Below are positions 63,938 to 64,000 of a stretch of 64,000 nt of DNA, piece after piece. The DNA is from an uncultured Methanosarcinales archaeon. GTDB taxonomy: Archaea; Nanobdellota; Nanobdellia; Woesearchaeales; JAHJBD01. The position numbers and the translations under genes are program-made. Every line of letters begins with the position of its first letter. The first letter of the stretch is position 1. The stretch is from positions 605 through 64,604 of the forward strand of contig CAZHRT010000001.1 in assembly GCA_964534665.1 (NCBI GenBank), read 5' to 3'. The notes beneath the pieces are model-generated. The model worked only from the letters and a program-made list of their open reading frames with translations. It ran no database searches and was not told where the DNA came from.

Positions 63938-64000
63938 TTTCTCACCTTCATAACTTGATTAATACATTTAATCAAAGCAATCACACTAGCCATAATAATA

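Noticed and set aside
1-64000. CRISPR arrays, rRNA genes, integrases, transposases and prophage blocks.
   Set aside because: I saw no regularly spaced direct repeats, no rRNA-like GC-rich islands beyond the SRP RNA and tRNAs, and no recombinase or capsid-like motifs in any long ORF.

Overview
Visibly AT-rich, tightly packed archaeal chromosome segment, probably from a small-genome uncultivated lineage (DPANN-like; this is inference). Archaeal hallmarks are RFC large subunit, alpha2-type GlyRS, GatDE plus GatCAB, TruD, HerA and Mre11, a FlaI/FlaJ-like ATPase and platform pair, a presenilin homologue, an archaeal SRP RNA and three tRNA genes, two of them with long inserts. About 75 genes are mostly housekeeping: translation, central carbon metabolism (PPDK, class I fumarase, malic enzyme) and a near-complete branched-chain amino acid block (ilvBN, leuCDB, ilvC, ilvD, ilvE). 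No CRISPR array, rRNA, integrase or transposase was seen. The leads, in my order of interest: (1) Two unrelated tRNA genes are each followed by an ~85-nt two-hairpin element bounded by a copy of that tRNA's own 3' end. The two elements share loop sequence and spacer lengths, but their stems have different sequences. (2) A GCATGC-centred palindrome-plus-hairpin repeat occurs three times. One copy is an exact 54-nt (18-codon) insertion carrying a stop codon inside a small cupin gene. (3) Five dispersed orphan ORFs are compositionally unlike the Lys-rich neighbouring genes. (4) A bacterial-type AspRS is fused to a YbaK-like deacylase domain. (5) An RHH regulator, an oversized secretion ATPase and an oversized platform protein form one operon. 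(6) A LAGLIDADG endonuclease gene runs antisense into an insert-bearing tRNA. All function calls come from motifs I recognised by eye; no searches were run.
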